Source of the DNA: Escherichia coli
GTDB taxonomy: Bacteria; Pseudomonadota; Gammaproteobacteria; Enterobacterales; Enterobacteriaceae
DNA length: 64,000 nucleotides
NCBI RefSeq assembly: GCF_044324875.1
Contig: NZ_CP172185.1
Reading direction: 5' to 3' (one strand)
Shown here: piece by piece, positions 20,968 through 33,811 of the stretch
Layout of the letters: each line of letters starts with the position of its first letter
Position numbering within the stretch: the first letter of the stretch is position 1
Position numbers and translations under genes: made by a program
The notes under the pieces: generated by a model
Told to the model about the DNA's origin: nothing
Database searches by the model: none
What the model saw: the letters and a program-made list of their open reading frames with translations, nothing else

Positions 20968-22350
20968 TTATAAGTCGTCGAACACGCTAAGCGCGTCGGA
21001 GAGTTTTTTAACGCCAAAAATCTGCATCCCTTCCGGCGCTTTTTTCGGCACGTTAGCCGCCGGAACAATCGCCCGCCGAAAACCGTGTTTCGCCGCTTCA
21101 GAGATTCGTTCCTGGCCGCTGGGCACCGGGCGGATCTCCCCTGCCAGCCCGACTTCACCAAACACCACCAGATCCTGCGGTAGCGGTCTATCACGCAGGC
21201 TGGAAACCATCGCCAGCAGTAACGCTAAGTCGGCACTGGTTTCCGTCACCTTCACGCCGCCGACCACGTTAACAAATACATCCTGATCGGCCATTTGCAA
21301 CCCACCGTGACGGTGCAGCACCGCCAGCAGGATTGCCAGACGGTTTTGCTCCAGCCCTACTGCGACGCGGCGTGGATTCGCCATCATCGAGTGATCGACC
21401 AATGCCTGGATCTCCACCAGCAGTGGACGCGTTCCTTCCCATACCACCATCACTGAGCTACCGGAGGTCACTTCATCACCGCGGCTTAAAAAGATGGCGG
21501 AAGGGTTGCTAACTTCACGCAGCCCCTGTTCGGTCATCGCGAAGACGCCCAGCTCATTCACCGCGCCGAAGCGGTTTTTATGGCTGCGTAAGGTGCGAAA
21601 ACGGGAGTCGGCATCGCCATCCAGAAGCACCGAACAGTCGATACAGTGTTCCAGCACTTTAGGGCCAGCCAGCGAGCCATCTTTGGTTACGTGCCCAACC
21701 ATGACAATCGCCACACCGCGCGTTTTGGCGAAGCGCGTCAGATAAGCCGCCGTTTCACGCACCTGCGCCACGCTGCCAGGCGATGACTGAACATCCGCCA
21801 TATGCATCACCTGGATCGAGTCAATTACCATCAGCTTCGGTTGCTCTTCTTCGGCAATCAGGCAGATTTGTTCGATGCTGGTTTCAGACAGCATATTGAG
21901 ATTGTCAGTCGGCAGGCCAAGGCGATGAGCGCGCATTGCCACCTGTTGCAGCGACTCTTCGCCGGTGACATACAGCGTTTTCATCTGCTGGGCCAGTTTG
22001 CACAGCGTTTGCAACAGCAGCGTGGATTTCCCCGCGCCTGGGTTACCGCCAATCAGAATGGCGCTTCCCGGCACCACCCCGCCGCCTAATACGCGGTCGA
22101 ACTCTTTAAATCCGGTGGAAAAACGCGGCAGCTCTTCAAGGCTGATGTCGGAAAGTTTCTGGACTTTTGCCACCCCGGCGCTACCGGCATAGCCACTGAG
22201 ACGCTCGTTACGCGCCACCGTTGGCGACGCTGCAAGACGCACCTCGGTGATGGTGTTCCAGGCATGACAGGCGCTGCACTGCCCCTGCCAGCGCGGATAA
22301 TCGGCCCCGCATTCATTACAAACAAAGGCGCGTTTTGGAGCTTTTGCCAC
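20968..22350 (-). CDS. radA: DNA repair protein RadA/Sms
   Basis: ORF 20968..22398; GTG start at 22350 gives 460 aa (V/M)AKAPKRAFVCNECGADYPRWQGQCSAC... (zinc finger), Walker A GGNPGAGKST, Lon-like C-terminus. Confidence 0.95.
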   Translation of the reverse strand: MAKAPKRAFVCNECGADYPRWQGQCSACHAWNTITEVRLAASPTVARNERLSGYAGSAGVAKVQKLSDISLEELPRFSTGFKEFDRVLGGGVVPGSAILIGGNPGAGKSTLLLQTLCKLAQQMKTLYVTGEESLQQVAMRAHRLGLPTDNLNMLSETSIEQICLIAEEEQPKLMVIDSIQVMHMADVQSSPGSVAQVRETAAYLTRFAKTRGVAIVMVGHVTKDGSLAGPKVLEHCIDCSVLLDGDADSRFRTLRSHKNRFGAVNELGVFAMTEQGLREVSNPSAIFLSRGDEVTSGSSVMVVWEGTRPLLVEIQALVDHSMMANPRRVAVGLEQNRLAILLAVLHRHGGLQMADQDVFVNVVGGVKVTETSADLALLLAMVSSLRDRPLPQDLVVFGEVGLAGEIRPVPSGQERISEAAKHGFRRAIVPAANVPKKAPEGMQIFGVKKLSDALSVFDDL

Positions 22351-22398
22351 GGTGTACCTCGTTAATGCTGTGCCGCCCGCAGGATGACGGGCGAGCAA

Positions 22399-23367
22399 TT
22401 ACTTCTGATTCAGGCTGCCAGAGAGGATGCAGAATACCCCCATCAGGTCAGCGTGACGGATGGTGACTTCCGTCTTTTCATTCACTTTTGGCTTGGCATG
22501 GTAGGCAATCCCCAGCCCTGCCGCTTTGATCATCGGCAGGTCATTGGCTCCATCACCAATCGCCACGGTCTGCGCCAGCGGGATTTCATACTCCTGCGCG
22601 AGGCGAGTCAGAGTTTTCGCTTTGTACTGCGCGTCTACGATGTCGCCGATCACATTGCCGGTAAATTTACCGTCCATGATCTCCAGTTCATTGGCTACCA
22701 CGGCTGTCAGGCGCAGCTTGTCGCGCAGGTATTCAGCAAAGAAAGTAAAGCCACCGGAGGCAATCGCCACTTTCCAGCCCAGCGTTTCCAGCTTGAGTAC
22801 CAGTTGCGTTAAGCCTGGCATCAGCGGCAGATTTTCACGCACCTGTTGCAGAATATTGGCGTCAGCGCCTTTCAGCGTCGCCACGCGGCTGCGCAGGCTG
22901 GCGGTAAAATCGAGTTCGCCGCGCATCGCCCGTTCGGTTACCTCCGCCACCATCTCGCCCGTTCCGGCCAGTTTGGCAATTTCATCAATACATTCAATCT
23001 GGATGGCGGTGGAATCCATGTCCATCACCAGCAAACCCGGCGTGCGCAGGTGCGGGATTTTCCCCAGCGGCGCGACATCCAGCTGCGCTTCGTGAGCCAG
23101 GCGCGTAGCCCGCGCGGTGAGTGAACCTGCCAGACGAATCACCTGATAATCTTCCACGCACCAGGCGGCAACAATCACCATCGCCGCGCCCAGTTTGCTC
23201 TGGTATTGGGTCAGACGTTGTTTATCCAGCCCACGACCATACAGCAGCCAGCCGCTACGACCTGCGTGGTAATCCAGTGGCATCACTTCATCACCACTTA
23301 ATGAAAGAGGCAGCCCCGGCCATAAAGAGACATCTTCAGGCAGGTCGCACCAGGTAATGTTAGGCAT
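22399..23367 (-). CDS. serB: Phosphoserine phosphatase
   Basis: ORF 22399..23505; 322 aa from MPNITWCDLPEDVSLWPGLPL...; HAD motif LVMDMDSTAI. Confidence 0.95.
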   Translation of the reverse strand: MPNITWCDLPEDVSLWPGLPLSLSGDEVMPLDYHAGRSGWLLYGRGLDKQRLTQYQSKLGAAMVIVAAWCVEDYQVIRLAGSLTARATRLAHEAQLDVAPLGKIPHLRTPGLLVMDMDSTAIQIECIDEIAKLAGTGEMVAEVTERAMRGELDFTASLRSRVATLKGADANILQQVRENLPLMPGLTQLVLKLETLGWKVAIASGGFTFFAEYLRDKLRLTAVVANELEIMDGKFTGNVIGDIVDAQYKAKTLTRLAQEYEIPLAQTVAIGDGANDLPMIKAAGLGIAYHAKPKVNEKTEVTIRHADLMGVFCILSGSLNQK

Positions 23368-23472
23368 TAAGGCTCCTGTAAAATCGTTCGAAGCAGGGAA
23401 AATAACGCATGAGGCTACCTTGTATCCATTGCTTCTGGCAACATTAAGTCTCAAATTTTCAAAGGGTGGAAG

Positions 23473-24117
23473 ATGGCTCGCACAAAACTGAAATTCCGGC
23501 TGCATCGGGCAGTGATTGTCCTGTTCTGTCTTGCCTTGTTAGTGGCGCTGATGCAGGGAGCGTCATGGTTTAGTCAAAACCACCAGCGACAGCGTAATCC
23601 TCAGCTGGAAGAACTGGCCCGCACCCTGGCGCGTCAGGTGACGCTGAACGTTGCACCGCTGATGCGTACCGACTCACCGGATGAAAAACGCATTCAGGCG
23701 ATCCTCGATCAGTTAACGGATGAAAGCCGCATCCTCGACGCGGGCGTGTATGACGAACAAGGCGATCTTATCGCCCGTTCTGGCGAAAGCGTCGAAGTGC
23801 GCGACCGGTTGGCGCTCGACGGCAAAAAAGCGGGCGGCTATTTTAACCAGCAGATTGTCGAACCCATTGCCGGGAAAAACGGACCGCTCGGCTATCTGCG
23901 CCTGACGCTCGACACCCATACGCTCGCCACCGAAGCCCAACAGGTGGATAACACCACTAACATTTTACGCCTGATGTTGCTGCTCTCACTGGCAATCGGC
24001 GTAGTGCTGACCCGCACGCTGCTACAGGGTAAACGCACCCGCTGGCAGCAATCGCCCTTCCTGTTAACCGCCAGCAAACCGGTGCCGGAAGAGGAAGAAA
24101 GCGAGAAAAAAGAGTGA
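23473..24117 (+). CDS. ytjB: Membrane protein YtjB (Smp)
   Basis: 214 aa; MARTKLKFRLHRAVIVLFCLALLVALMQGASWF... Confidence 0.85.
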   Translation: MARTKLKFRLHRAVIVLFCLALLVALMQGASWFSQNHQRQRNPQLEELARTLARQVTLNVAPLMRTDSPDEKRIQAILDQLTDESRILDAGVYDEQGDLIARSGESVEVRDRLALDGKKAGGYFNQQIVEPIAGKNGPLGYLRLTLDTHTLATEAQQVDNTTNILRLMLLLSLAIGVVLTRTLLQGKRTRWQQSPFLLTASKPVPEEEESEKKE

Positions 24118-24144
24118 CCCATTACTACAAGAAAGGAAATCGTT

Positions 24145-25161
24145 ATGTCCACATTACGCCTGCTCATCTCTGACTCTTACGATCCGTGGTTTAACCTGGC
24201 GGTGGAGGAGTGTATTTTTCGCCAGATGCCCGCCACGCAGCGCGTTCTGTTTCTCTGGCGCAATGCCGACACGGTAGTGATTGGTCGCGCACAGAACCCG
24301 TGGAAAGAGTGTAATACCCGGCGGATGGAAGAAGATAACGTCCGCCTGGCGCGGCGCAGTAGCGGTGGCGGCGCGGTGTTCCACGATCTCGGTAATACCT
24401 GCTTTACCTTTATGGCTGGCAAGCCGGAGTACGATAAAACTATCTCCACGTCGATTGTGCTTAATGCGCTGAACGCGCTCGGCGTCACCGCCGAAGCGTC
24501 CGGACGTAACGATCTGGTGGTGAAAACCGCCGAAGGCGACCGCAAAGTCTCAGGCTCGGCCTATCGCGAAACCAAAGATCGCGGCTTCCACCACGGCACC
24601 TTGCTGCTCAATGCCGACCTTAGCCGCCTGGCAAACTATCTCAATCCGGATAAAAAGAAACTGGCGGCGAAAGGCATTACGTCGGTACGTTCCCGCGTGA
24701 CCAACCTCACCGAGCTGTTGCCGGGGATCACCCATGAGCAGGTTTGCGAGGCCATAACCAAGGCCTTTTTCGCCCATTATGGCGAGCGCGTGGAAGCGGA
24801 AATCATCTCCCCAGACAAAACGCCAGACTTGCCAAACTTCGCCGAAACCTTTGCCCGTCAGAGTAGCTGGGAGTGGAACTTCGGTCAGGCTCCGGCGTTC
24901 TCACATCTGCTGGATGAACGCTTCACCTGGGGCGGCGTAGAACTGCATTTCGACGTTGAAAAAGGCCATATCACCCGCGCCCAGGTGTTTACCGACAGCC
25001 TCAACCCCGCGCCGCTGGAAGCCCTCGCCGGGCGACTGCAAGGCTGCCTGTACCGCGCGGATATGCTGCAACAGGAGTGCGAAGCGCTGTTGGTTGACTT
25101 CCCGGAACAGGAAAAAGAGCTACGGGAGTTGTCTGCGTGGATAGCGGGGGCGGTAAGGTAA
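24145..25161 (+). CDS. lplA: Lipoate-protein ligase A
   Basis: 338 aa; [57 protein letters not shown]... Confidence 0.95.
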   Translation: MSTLRLLISDSYDPWFNLAVEECIFRQMPATQRVLFLWRNADTVVIGRAQNPWKECNTRRMEEDNVRLARRSSGGGAVFHDLGNTCFTFMAGKPEYDKTISTSIVLNALNALGVTAEASGRNDLVVKTAEGDRKVSGSAYRETKDRGFHHGTLLLNADLSRLANYLNPDKKKLAAKGITSVRSRVTNLTELLPGITHEQVCEAITKAFFAHYGERVEAEIISPDKTPDLPNFAETFARQSSWEWNFGQAPAFSHLLDERFTWGGVELHFDVEKGHITRAQVFTDSLNPAPLEALAGRLQGCLYRADMLQQECEALLVDFPEQEKELRELSAWIAGAVR

Positions 25162-25192
25162 CTCGCTGATTAAAATATCCAGGGAAGGAAAT

Positions 25193-25456
25193 ATGATCGA
25201 TCTGGAAAACCAGGAACGGGAGATTATCAATTTAATGTTCAGCCAGGGTATATCATGGCTAACCGCCGTGCGTATCAGGCATAAACTATCACTTGCTGAA
25301 GTAAGTAAAATGTTAGGTATCTCCATTAATTCTCTAATACAGATCGAAAAGACGGAACGGCTTAGTTCAAACATCAAAAGCAAAATGGCAGGAATTTATG
25401 GTTGTCCACCAGAGTTGCTGATATGCCCTTCCTGGATGACGGCTGAACATAAATGA
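25193..25456 (+). CDS. XRE-type helix-turn-helix small protein (87 aa), at the K-12 yjjJ position
   Basis: agggaagg 5 nt before ATG; LSLAEVSKMLGISINSLIQIEKTE resembles HTH_XRE; followed by AT-rich non-coding DNA. Confidence 0.55.
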   Translation: MIDLENQEREIINLMFSQGISWLTAVRIRHKLSLAEVSKMLGISINSLIQIEKTERLSSNIKSKMAGIYGCPPELLICPSWMTAEHK

Positions 25457-25551
25457 ATAGATTCGTGAATAGATACTTGAATGTATTTTATTTTCTATCC
25501 ATATGAAAAATAATAGTGAATCTATAAATCAGTTGCTATTGATGAATAGAT

Positions 25552-25582
25552 ACTAAAAAGCCGGAGCAGTCCCCCACTCCGG
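25552..25582 (-). terminator. Rho-independent terminator downstream of deoD
   Basis: Minus strand gccggagtgggggactgctccggc followed by ttttt. Confidence 0.65.
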
Positions 25583-25616
25583 CTTAACACGACGTTCGCC
25601 TTTCAGCAAAACACAA

Positions 25617-26336
25617 TTACTCTTTATCGCCCAGCAGAACGGATTCCAGTGCGATTTTGATCATGTCGTTGAAGGTGGTCTGACGCTCAGCGGCAGTGGT
25701 CTGCTCGTGAGTGCGGATGTGGTCAGATACGGTACAGATGGTCAGGGCTTTCGCGCCAAATTCTGCAGCGACGCCGTAGATACCAGCTGCTTCCATTTCC
25801 ACGCCGAGGATGCCGTATTTTTCCATCACGTCGAACATTTCGCCGTCCGGAGAGTAGAACAGGTCAGCGGAGAACAGGTTACCAACGCGAGCATCAACGC
25901 CCAGTGCTTTAGCCGCGTCTACCGCGTTACGCACCATGTCAAAGTCAGCGATAGCGGCAAAGTCATGGTCTTTAAAACGGATGCGGTTAACTTTGGAATC
26001 GGTGCAGGCACCCATACCGATAACGACGTCGCGCAGTTTTACGTGTGGCAGAACAGCGCCACAGGAGCCTACGCGGATAATTTTCTTCACGCCGAAATCG
26101 GTGATCAGTTCTTTGGTGTAGATGGAGCAGGACGGGATACCCATACCGTGACCCATTACGGAAATTTTGCGGCCTTTGTAAGTACCGGTGAAGCCCAGCA
26201 TACCGCGAACGTTGTTCACTTCACGGGCATCTTCAAGGAAAGTTTCAGCAATATACTTCGCACGCAGCGGGTCGCCTGGCATCAAAACTACGTCAGCGAA
26301 ATCGCCCATTTCTGCATTAATGTGTGGGGTAGCCAT
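25617..26336 (-). CDS. deoD: Purine nucleoside phosphorylase DeoD
   Basis: 239 aa; [55 protein letters not shown]... Confidence 0.97.
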   Translation of the reverse strand: MATPHINAEMGDFADVVLMPGDPLRAKYIAETFLEDAREVNNVRGMLGFTGTYKGRKISVMGHGMGIPSCSIYTKELITDFGVKKIIRVGSCGAVLPHVKLRDVVIGMGACTDSKVNRIRFKDHDFAAIADFDMVRNAVDAAKALGVDARVGNLFSADLFYSPDGEMFDVMEKYGILGVEMEAAGIYGVAAEFGAKALTICTVSDHIRTHEQTTAAERQTTFNDMIKIALESVLLGDKE

Positions 26337-26339
26337 TGT

Positions 26340-26412
26340 TTTATCCTTATCAACATGTTTTCACCCTCTCCCTGTGGGAGAGGGCCGGGGTGAGGGCATC
26401 AAGCCGCACCCA
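26340..26412. repeat. Intergenic palindromic element between deoB and deoD
   Basis: ccctctccc-tgt-gggagaggg inverted repeat followed by ccggggtgagggc. Confidence 0.5.
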
Positions 26413-26415
26413 TTA

Positions 26416-27660
<1,245 letters not shown>

Positions 27661-27690
27661 TCAAATTTAAATGATCAGATCAGTATACCG

Positions 27691-29013
27691 TTATTCGCTG
27701 ATACGGCGATAGACAGTTGGTGTGCTTTCCGGTGCTTTATCGGCAAGTTTAATTGCCGCTTTCACCGCTTTAGCCGCTTCCTGCCAGCTGTTTTCGTCTT
27801 TCGCGTGGATAACCGCCAGCGGACGCTGACCGTCTACCTGGTCGCCCAGACGCGCCATATCAGTAAAGCCGACGCTGTAATCGATGGTGTCAGATGCCTG
27901 ACGGCGTCCGCCGCCCATTGCAACCACTGCCATCCCCAGCGCACGGGTATCCATTTCACTGACAAAACCTTCGGTATCAGCATAGACTGCTTTCGTCAGC
28001 ATCGCTGTCGGTAGATACTTCGCGTAGTTCTCAACGAAGTCAGTCGGGCCTTTTTGTGCCGCTACCATACGACCAAAGACTTCTGCCGCTTTACCGTTGT
28101 CCAGCACCGCCTGCAATTTCGCGCGCGCTTCGGCGTCATCTTTCGCCAGTTTGCCGGAGATAAGCATCTCTACGCACAGCGCCATCGTGACATCAAACAG
28201 ACGCGGGTTACGATACTCACCCGTCAGGAACTGCACCGCTTCACGAACTTCAACCGCGTTACCTGCACTGGAGGCCAGTACCTGATTCATATCGGTGAGC
28301 AGCGCGGTGGTACGCACGCCAGCGCCGTTAGCCACGCCAACAATCGCTTCGGCAAGGGCTTCAGAGAGTTCGTAGGTCGGCATAAACGCGCCGCTACCCA
28401 CTTTCACGTCCATCACCAGCGCGTCCAGACCTTCCGCCAGTTTCTTCGCCAGAATAGAGGCGGTGATCAGCGGGATGGAGTCCACGGTTGCGGTAATATC
28501 ACGGGTCGCGTAGAAACGTTTATCCGCCGGAGCCAGTGAGCTGGTCTGGCCGATAATCGCCACGCCGACGTCTTTAATAATTTCGCGGAAACGGTTGTCA
28601 TCCGGGAAAATGTCGAAGCCAGGGATGGATTCCAGTTTGTCGAGCGTACCGCCAGTATGACCGAGGCCGCGACCGGAGATCATCGGAATGTAACCACCGC
28701 AGGCAGCAACCATCGGCCCCAACATCAGCGAAGTGACATCGCCGACGCCGCCGGTGGAATGTTTATCAACAATCGGGCCATTCAGATGCAGGCTTTTCCA
28801 GTCGAGAACGGTTCCTGAATCTCGCATCGCCATGGTCAGCGAGACACGCTCAGGCATTGTCATATCGTGGAAGAAAATGGTCATCGCGAGGGCGGCAATC
28901 TGCCCTTCGGAGATAGTGTTGTCGCGAATACCGTTGATAAAGAAACGAATTTCTTCATCGCTCAGCGCATGACCATCACGTTTTTTACGAATAATTTCTT
29001 GTGCGAGAAACAA
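27691..29013 (-). CDS. deoA: Thymidine phosphorylase
   Basis: ORF 27691..29082; TTG start at 29013 gives 440 aa (L/M)[31 protein letters not shown]... Confidence 0.95.
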
Positions 29014-29090
29014 GGTAACCTCCCGTGGAAAAGAGACGAGGTAATCGGGGAACCGGATGAGCATCGCTGCGTCATCCGGCAAATCAAGCC

Positions 29091-29870
29091 TTAGTAGCTG
29101 CTGGCGCTCTTACCGTCGCCGTGGCCCAGCGCTTTCAGCAGGCTTGCCAGCAGGCTGGAAGCACCAAAGCGGTAGTGACGCGCATCAGCCCAGTCAGCAC
29201 CGAACAGTTCATCTGCGATAGCGAGATATTTCTGCGCATCTTCCGCAGTACGCACGCCGCCCGCCGGTTTGAAACCAACGGTTTTTTCTACGCCCATATC
29301 ACGGATCACTTCCATCATGATGCGCGCGCTTTCCGGCGTCGCGTTCACAGCCACTTTACCGGTAGAGGTTTTGATGAAGTCCGCACCCGCTTTGATGGAG
29401 ATTTCAGACGCTTTACGGATCAGCGCTTCGTCTTTTAGTTCGCCGGTTTCGATGATCACTTTCAGCAGTACATTCGCTGCCGCGCAAGCCTCTTTACAGG
29501 CTTTCACCAGGTCAAAACCAACCTGCTCGTTACCCGCCATCAGCGCGCGGTACGGGAACACAACGTCAACTTCATCAGCACCGTAGGCGATTGCCGCACG
29601 GGTTTCTGCCAGCGCGATGTCGATGTCGTCGTTACCGTGTGGGAAGTTGGTTACCGTAGCGATACGGATTTCCGGGGTACCCTGCTCTTTCAGCGTTTTG
29701 CGAGCAATTGGGATAAAGCGAGGATAGATACAGATAGCGGCGGTATTGCCGACCGGAGTTTTGGCCTGATGACACAGAGCAATTACTTTCTCGTCGGTGT
29801 CGTCGTCATTCAGGGTGGTCAGGTCCATCAATTTCAGTGCACGCAGGCTGCTTGCTTTCAGATCAGTCAT
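29091..29870 (-). CDS. deoC: Deoxyribose-phosphate aldolase
   Basis: ORF 29091..29894; 259 aa from [36 protein letters not shown]... Confidence 0.97.
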
Positions 29871-29914
29871 TTCATTCTCCTGGCTTGTCGCCAATAAAAT
29901 TCACCTTGCGAGTT

Positions 29915-29930
29915 TGTTAGTATTCTAACA
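29915..29930 (-). promoter_or_regulatory. DeoR operator O2 at deoP2
   Basis: Minus strand reads TGTTAGAATACTAACA, ending 44 nt upstream of deoC ATG. Confidence 0.85.
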
Positions 29931-29939
29931 TCTACTCCG

Positions 29940-30012
29940 CAACACACTTCGATATACATCACAATTAAGGAAATCTACTTACAAGTTTGCATCACTGTAA
30001 TGCGATCTGGTT
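29940..30012 (-). promoter_or_regulatory. deoP2 CRP/CytR binding region
   Basis: Minus strand reads TTATTTGAACCAGATCGCATTACAGTGATGCAAACTTGTAAGTAGATTTCCTTAATTGTGATGTGTATCGAAGTGTGTT with tandem TGTGA-type half-sites, matching the remembered deoP2 region. Confidence 0.6.
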
Positions 30013-30127
30013 CAAATAATTCACTTTCAAATGAATGCGTCAGTGGTGGCAAACGCATCAGGATCAAAGTGAACATCACGAAACTTCTTACAATGGCGCA
30101 TCACCTTCGGCATAAAAGGAAAAGAAG

Positions 30128-31678
30128 ATGCCCACTTCTCATGAGATTGCACTGCAACAACGTTGCCAGCAAATTGTCACCAGTCCGGTACTTAGCCCGG
30201 AGCAGAAGCGCCATTTTCTGGCGCTGGAAGCAGAAAACAATCTGCCTTATCCGCAGCTTCCTGCCGAAGCCCGCCGCGCGCTGGATGAGGGTGTAATCTG
30301 CGATATGTTTGAAGGTCATGCGCCGTACAAACCGCGCTATGTCTTACCCGATTACGCCCGTTTTCTGGCGAACGGTTCCGAATGGCTGGAGCTGGAAGGC
30401 GCGAAAGATCTTGATGATGCACTCTCTCTGCTGACCATTCTTTACCACCACGTACCGTCGGTCACATCGATGCCGGTCTACCTGGGGCAACTGGATGCGT
30501 TGTTGCAACCGTATGTTAGAATTCTAACACAAGACGAGATCGATATTCGAATAAAACGTTTCTGGCGTTACCTCGACAGAACCCTGCCAGACGCCTTTAT
30601 GCACGCCAATATCGGCCCGTCTGATTCGCCCATCACCCGTGCAATCTTACGTGCAGATGCAGAGCTGAAGCAGGTTTCACCGAACCTGACCTTTATCTAC
30701 GATCCTGAAATCACCCCTGATGACCTGCTGCAGGAAGTGGCGAAGAACATCTGTGAATGTAGCAAACCGCACATCGCCAACGGTCCGGTGCATGATAAAA
30801 TTTTCACAAAAGGGGGCTACGGGATTGTGAGCTGTTACAACTCACTGCCGCTGGCGGGTGGTGGCAGCACGCTGGTACGCCTTAACCTGAAAGCCATTGC
30901 CGAGCGCAGCGAATCGCTGGAAGACTTCTTTACGCGCACTCTACCGCACTACTGCCAGCAGCAGATCGCCATCATCGATGCGCGGTGTGAATTCCTCTAT
31001 CAACAATCACACTTCTTTGAGAATAGCTTCCTGGTGAAAGAAGGGCTGATTAACCCTGAACGTTTTGTGCCAATGTTTGGCATGTATGGGCTGGCGGAAG
31101 CGGTTAACTTGCTGTGTGAAAAAGAAGGGATTGCCGCGCGCTACGGTAAAGAGGCCGCCGCAAATGAAGTGGGTTATCGCATCAGCGCGCAACTGGCGGA
31201 GTTTGTCGCCAATACCCCCGTGAAATATGGCTGGCAAAAACGCGCCATGTTGCACGCACAGTCGGGGATCAGTTCTGATATCGGCACCACGCCGGGCGCA
31301 CGCTTGCCGTATGGCGATGAGCCAGATCCGATCACCCATCTGCAAACTGTCGCCCCGCATCATGCTTATTATTATTCCGGCATCAGCGACATTCTGACGC
31401 TCGACGAAACCATCAAACGTAATCCGCAGGCGCTGGTACAGCTTTGCCTCGGTGCCTTTAAAGCCGGAATGCGTGAATTTACCGCCAATGTCAGCGGTAA
31501 CGATCTGGTTCGCGTTACCGGTTATATGGTGCGTTTGTCGGATTTAGAAAAATATCGCGCCGAAGGTTCACGTACCAACACCACCTGGCTGGGCGAAGAG
31601 GCCGCACGCAATACTCGTATTCTGGAACGCCAGCCGCGCGTGATAAGCCATGAACAGCAGATGCGCTTTAGTCAGTAA
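30128..31678 (+). CDS. yjjI: Glycyl-radical-enzyme-like protein YjjI (DUF3029)
   Basis: 516 aa; C-terminal glycyl-radical-type fingerprint RVTGY; followed by overlapping radical-SAM activase gene. Confidence 0.9.
   Translation: MPTSHEIALQQRCQQIVTSPVLSPEQKRHFLALEAENNLPYPQLPAEARRALDEGVICDMFEGHAPYKPRYVLPDYARFLANGSEWLELEGAKDLDDALSLLTILYHHVPSVTSMPVYLGQLDALLQPYVRILTQDEIDIRIKRFWRYLDRTLPDAFMHANIGPSDSPITRAILRADAELKQVSPNLTFIYDPEITPDDLLQEVAKNICECSKPHIANGPVHDKIFTKGGYGIVSCYNSLPLAGGGSTLVRLNLKAIAERSESLEDFFTRTLPHYCQQQIAIIDARCEFLYQQSHFFENSFLVKEGLINPERFVPMFGMYGLAEAVNLLCEKEGIAARYGKEAAANEVGYRISAQLAEFVANTPVKYGWQKRAMLHAQSGISSDIGTTPGARLPYGDEPDPITHLQTVAPHHAYYYSGISDILTLDETIKRNPQALVQLCLGAFKAGMREFTANVSGNDLVRVTGYMVRLSDLEKYRAEGSRTNTTWLGEEAARNTRILERQPRVISHEQQMRFSQ
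30514..30529 (-). promoter_or_regulatory. DeoR operator O1 (deoP1), inside yjjI coding sequence
   Basis: Perfect 16-bp palindrome TGTTAGAATTCTAACA; centre 599 bp from O2 centre. Confidence 0.8.
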
Positions 31679-32513
31679 GATTATCCCCTTCTCCTGCGTT
31701 GACGGGCCAGGCAGTCGTCTGGCTCTGTTTTTGCAGGGCTGCAATCTGCGTTGCAAAAATTGTCACAATCCGTGGACGATGGGACGCTGCAATGACTGCG
31801 GGGAGTGCGTGCCGCAGTGTCCGCATCAGGCGTTGCAGATTGTTGACGGCAAAGTGGTGTGGAACGCTGTGGTTTGCGAGCAATGTGATACCTGCCTGAA
31901 GAGGTGTCCGCAACATGCCACGCCAATGGCGCAATCCATGAGCGTGGATGAGGTGCTTAGCCATATCCGCAAAGCGGTGCTGTTTATTGAAGGGATAACG
32001 GTAAGCGGCGGCGAAGCCACGACCCAACTGCCGTTTGTAGTGGCGCTGTTTACTGCTATAAAAAACGATCCGCAACTGCGCCACCTCACCTGCCTGGTGG
32101 ACAGTAACGGTATGTTGAGCGAAACCGGCTGGGAAAAATTGCTCCCGGTGTGCGACGGCGCAATGCTCGATCTCAAAGCGTGGGGGAGCGAATGTCATCA
32201 GCAATTAACCGGACGCGATAATCAGCAGATTAAGCGCAGCATCTGTTTGCTTACCGAACGCGGTAAGCTGGCGGAACTGCGTTTGCTGGTAATCCCTGGC
32301 CAGGTGGATTATTTGCAACACATCGATGAGCTGGCGGCGTTTATCAAGGGACTTGGCGATGTTCCGGTACGCCTGAACGCGTTTCATGCCCACGGCGTGT
32401 ATGGCGAGGCGCAAAGCTGGCCGAGTGCCACGCCGGAAGACGTTGAGCCATTGGCTGATGCGTTAAAGGTGCGCGGGGTGAGCCGGTTAATATTTCCGGC
32501 GCTATATTTGTGA
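31650..32513 (+). CDS. yjjW: Glycyl-radical enzyme activating protein (radical SAM plus ferredoxin-like Cys clusters)
   Basis: 287 aa; CNLRCKNC (CX3CX2C) radical SAM motif, additional CxxCxxC clusters, SGGE; overlaps yjjI by 29 nt. Confidence 0.9.
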   Translation: MNSRCALVSKIIPFSCVDGPGSRLALFLQGCNLRCKNCHNPWTMGRCNDCGECVPQCPHQALQIVDGKVVWNAVVCEQCDTCLKRCPQHATPMAQSMSVDEVLSHIRKAVLFIEGITVSGGEATTQLPFVVALFTAIKNDPQLRHLTCLVDSNGMLSETGWEKLLPVCDGAMLDLKAWGSECHQQLTGRDNQQIKRSICLLTERGKLAELRLLVIPGQVDYLQHIDELAAFIKGLGDVPVRLNAFHAHGVYGEAQSWPSATPEDVEPLADALKVRGVSRLIFPALYL

Positions 32514-32515
32514 CA

Positions 32516-33807
<1,292 letters not shown>

Positions 33808-33811
<4 letters not shown>

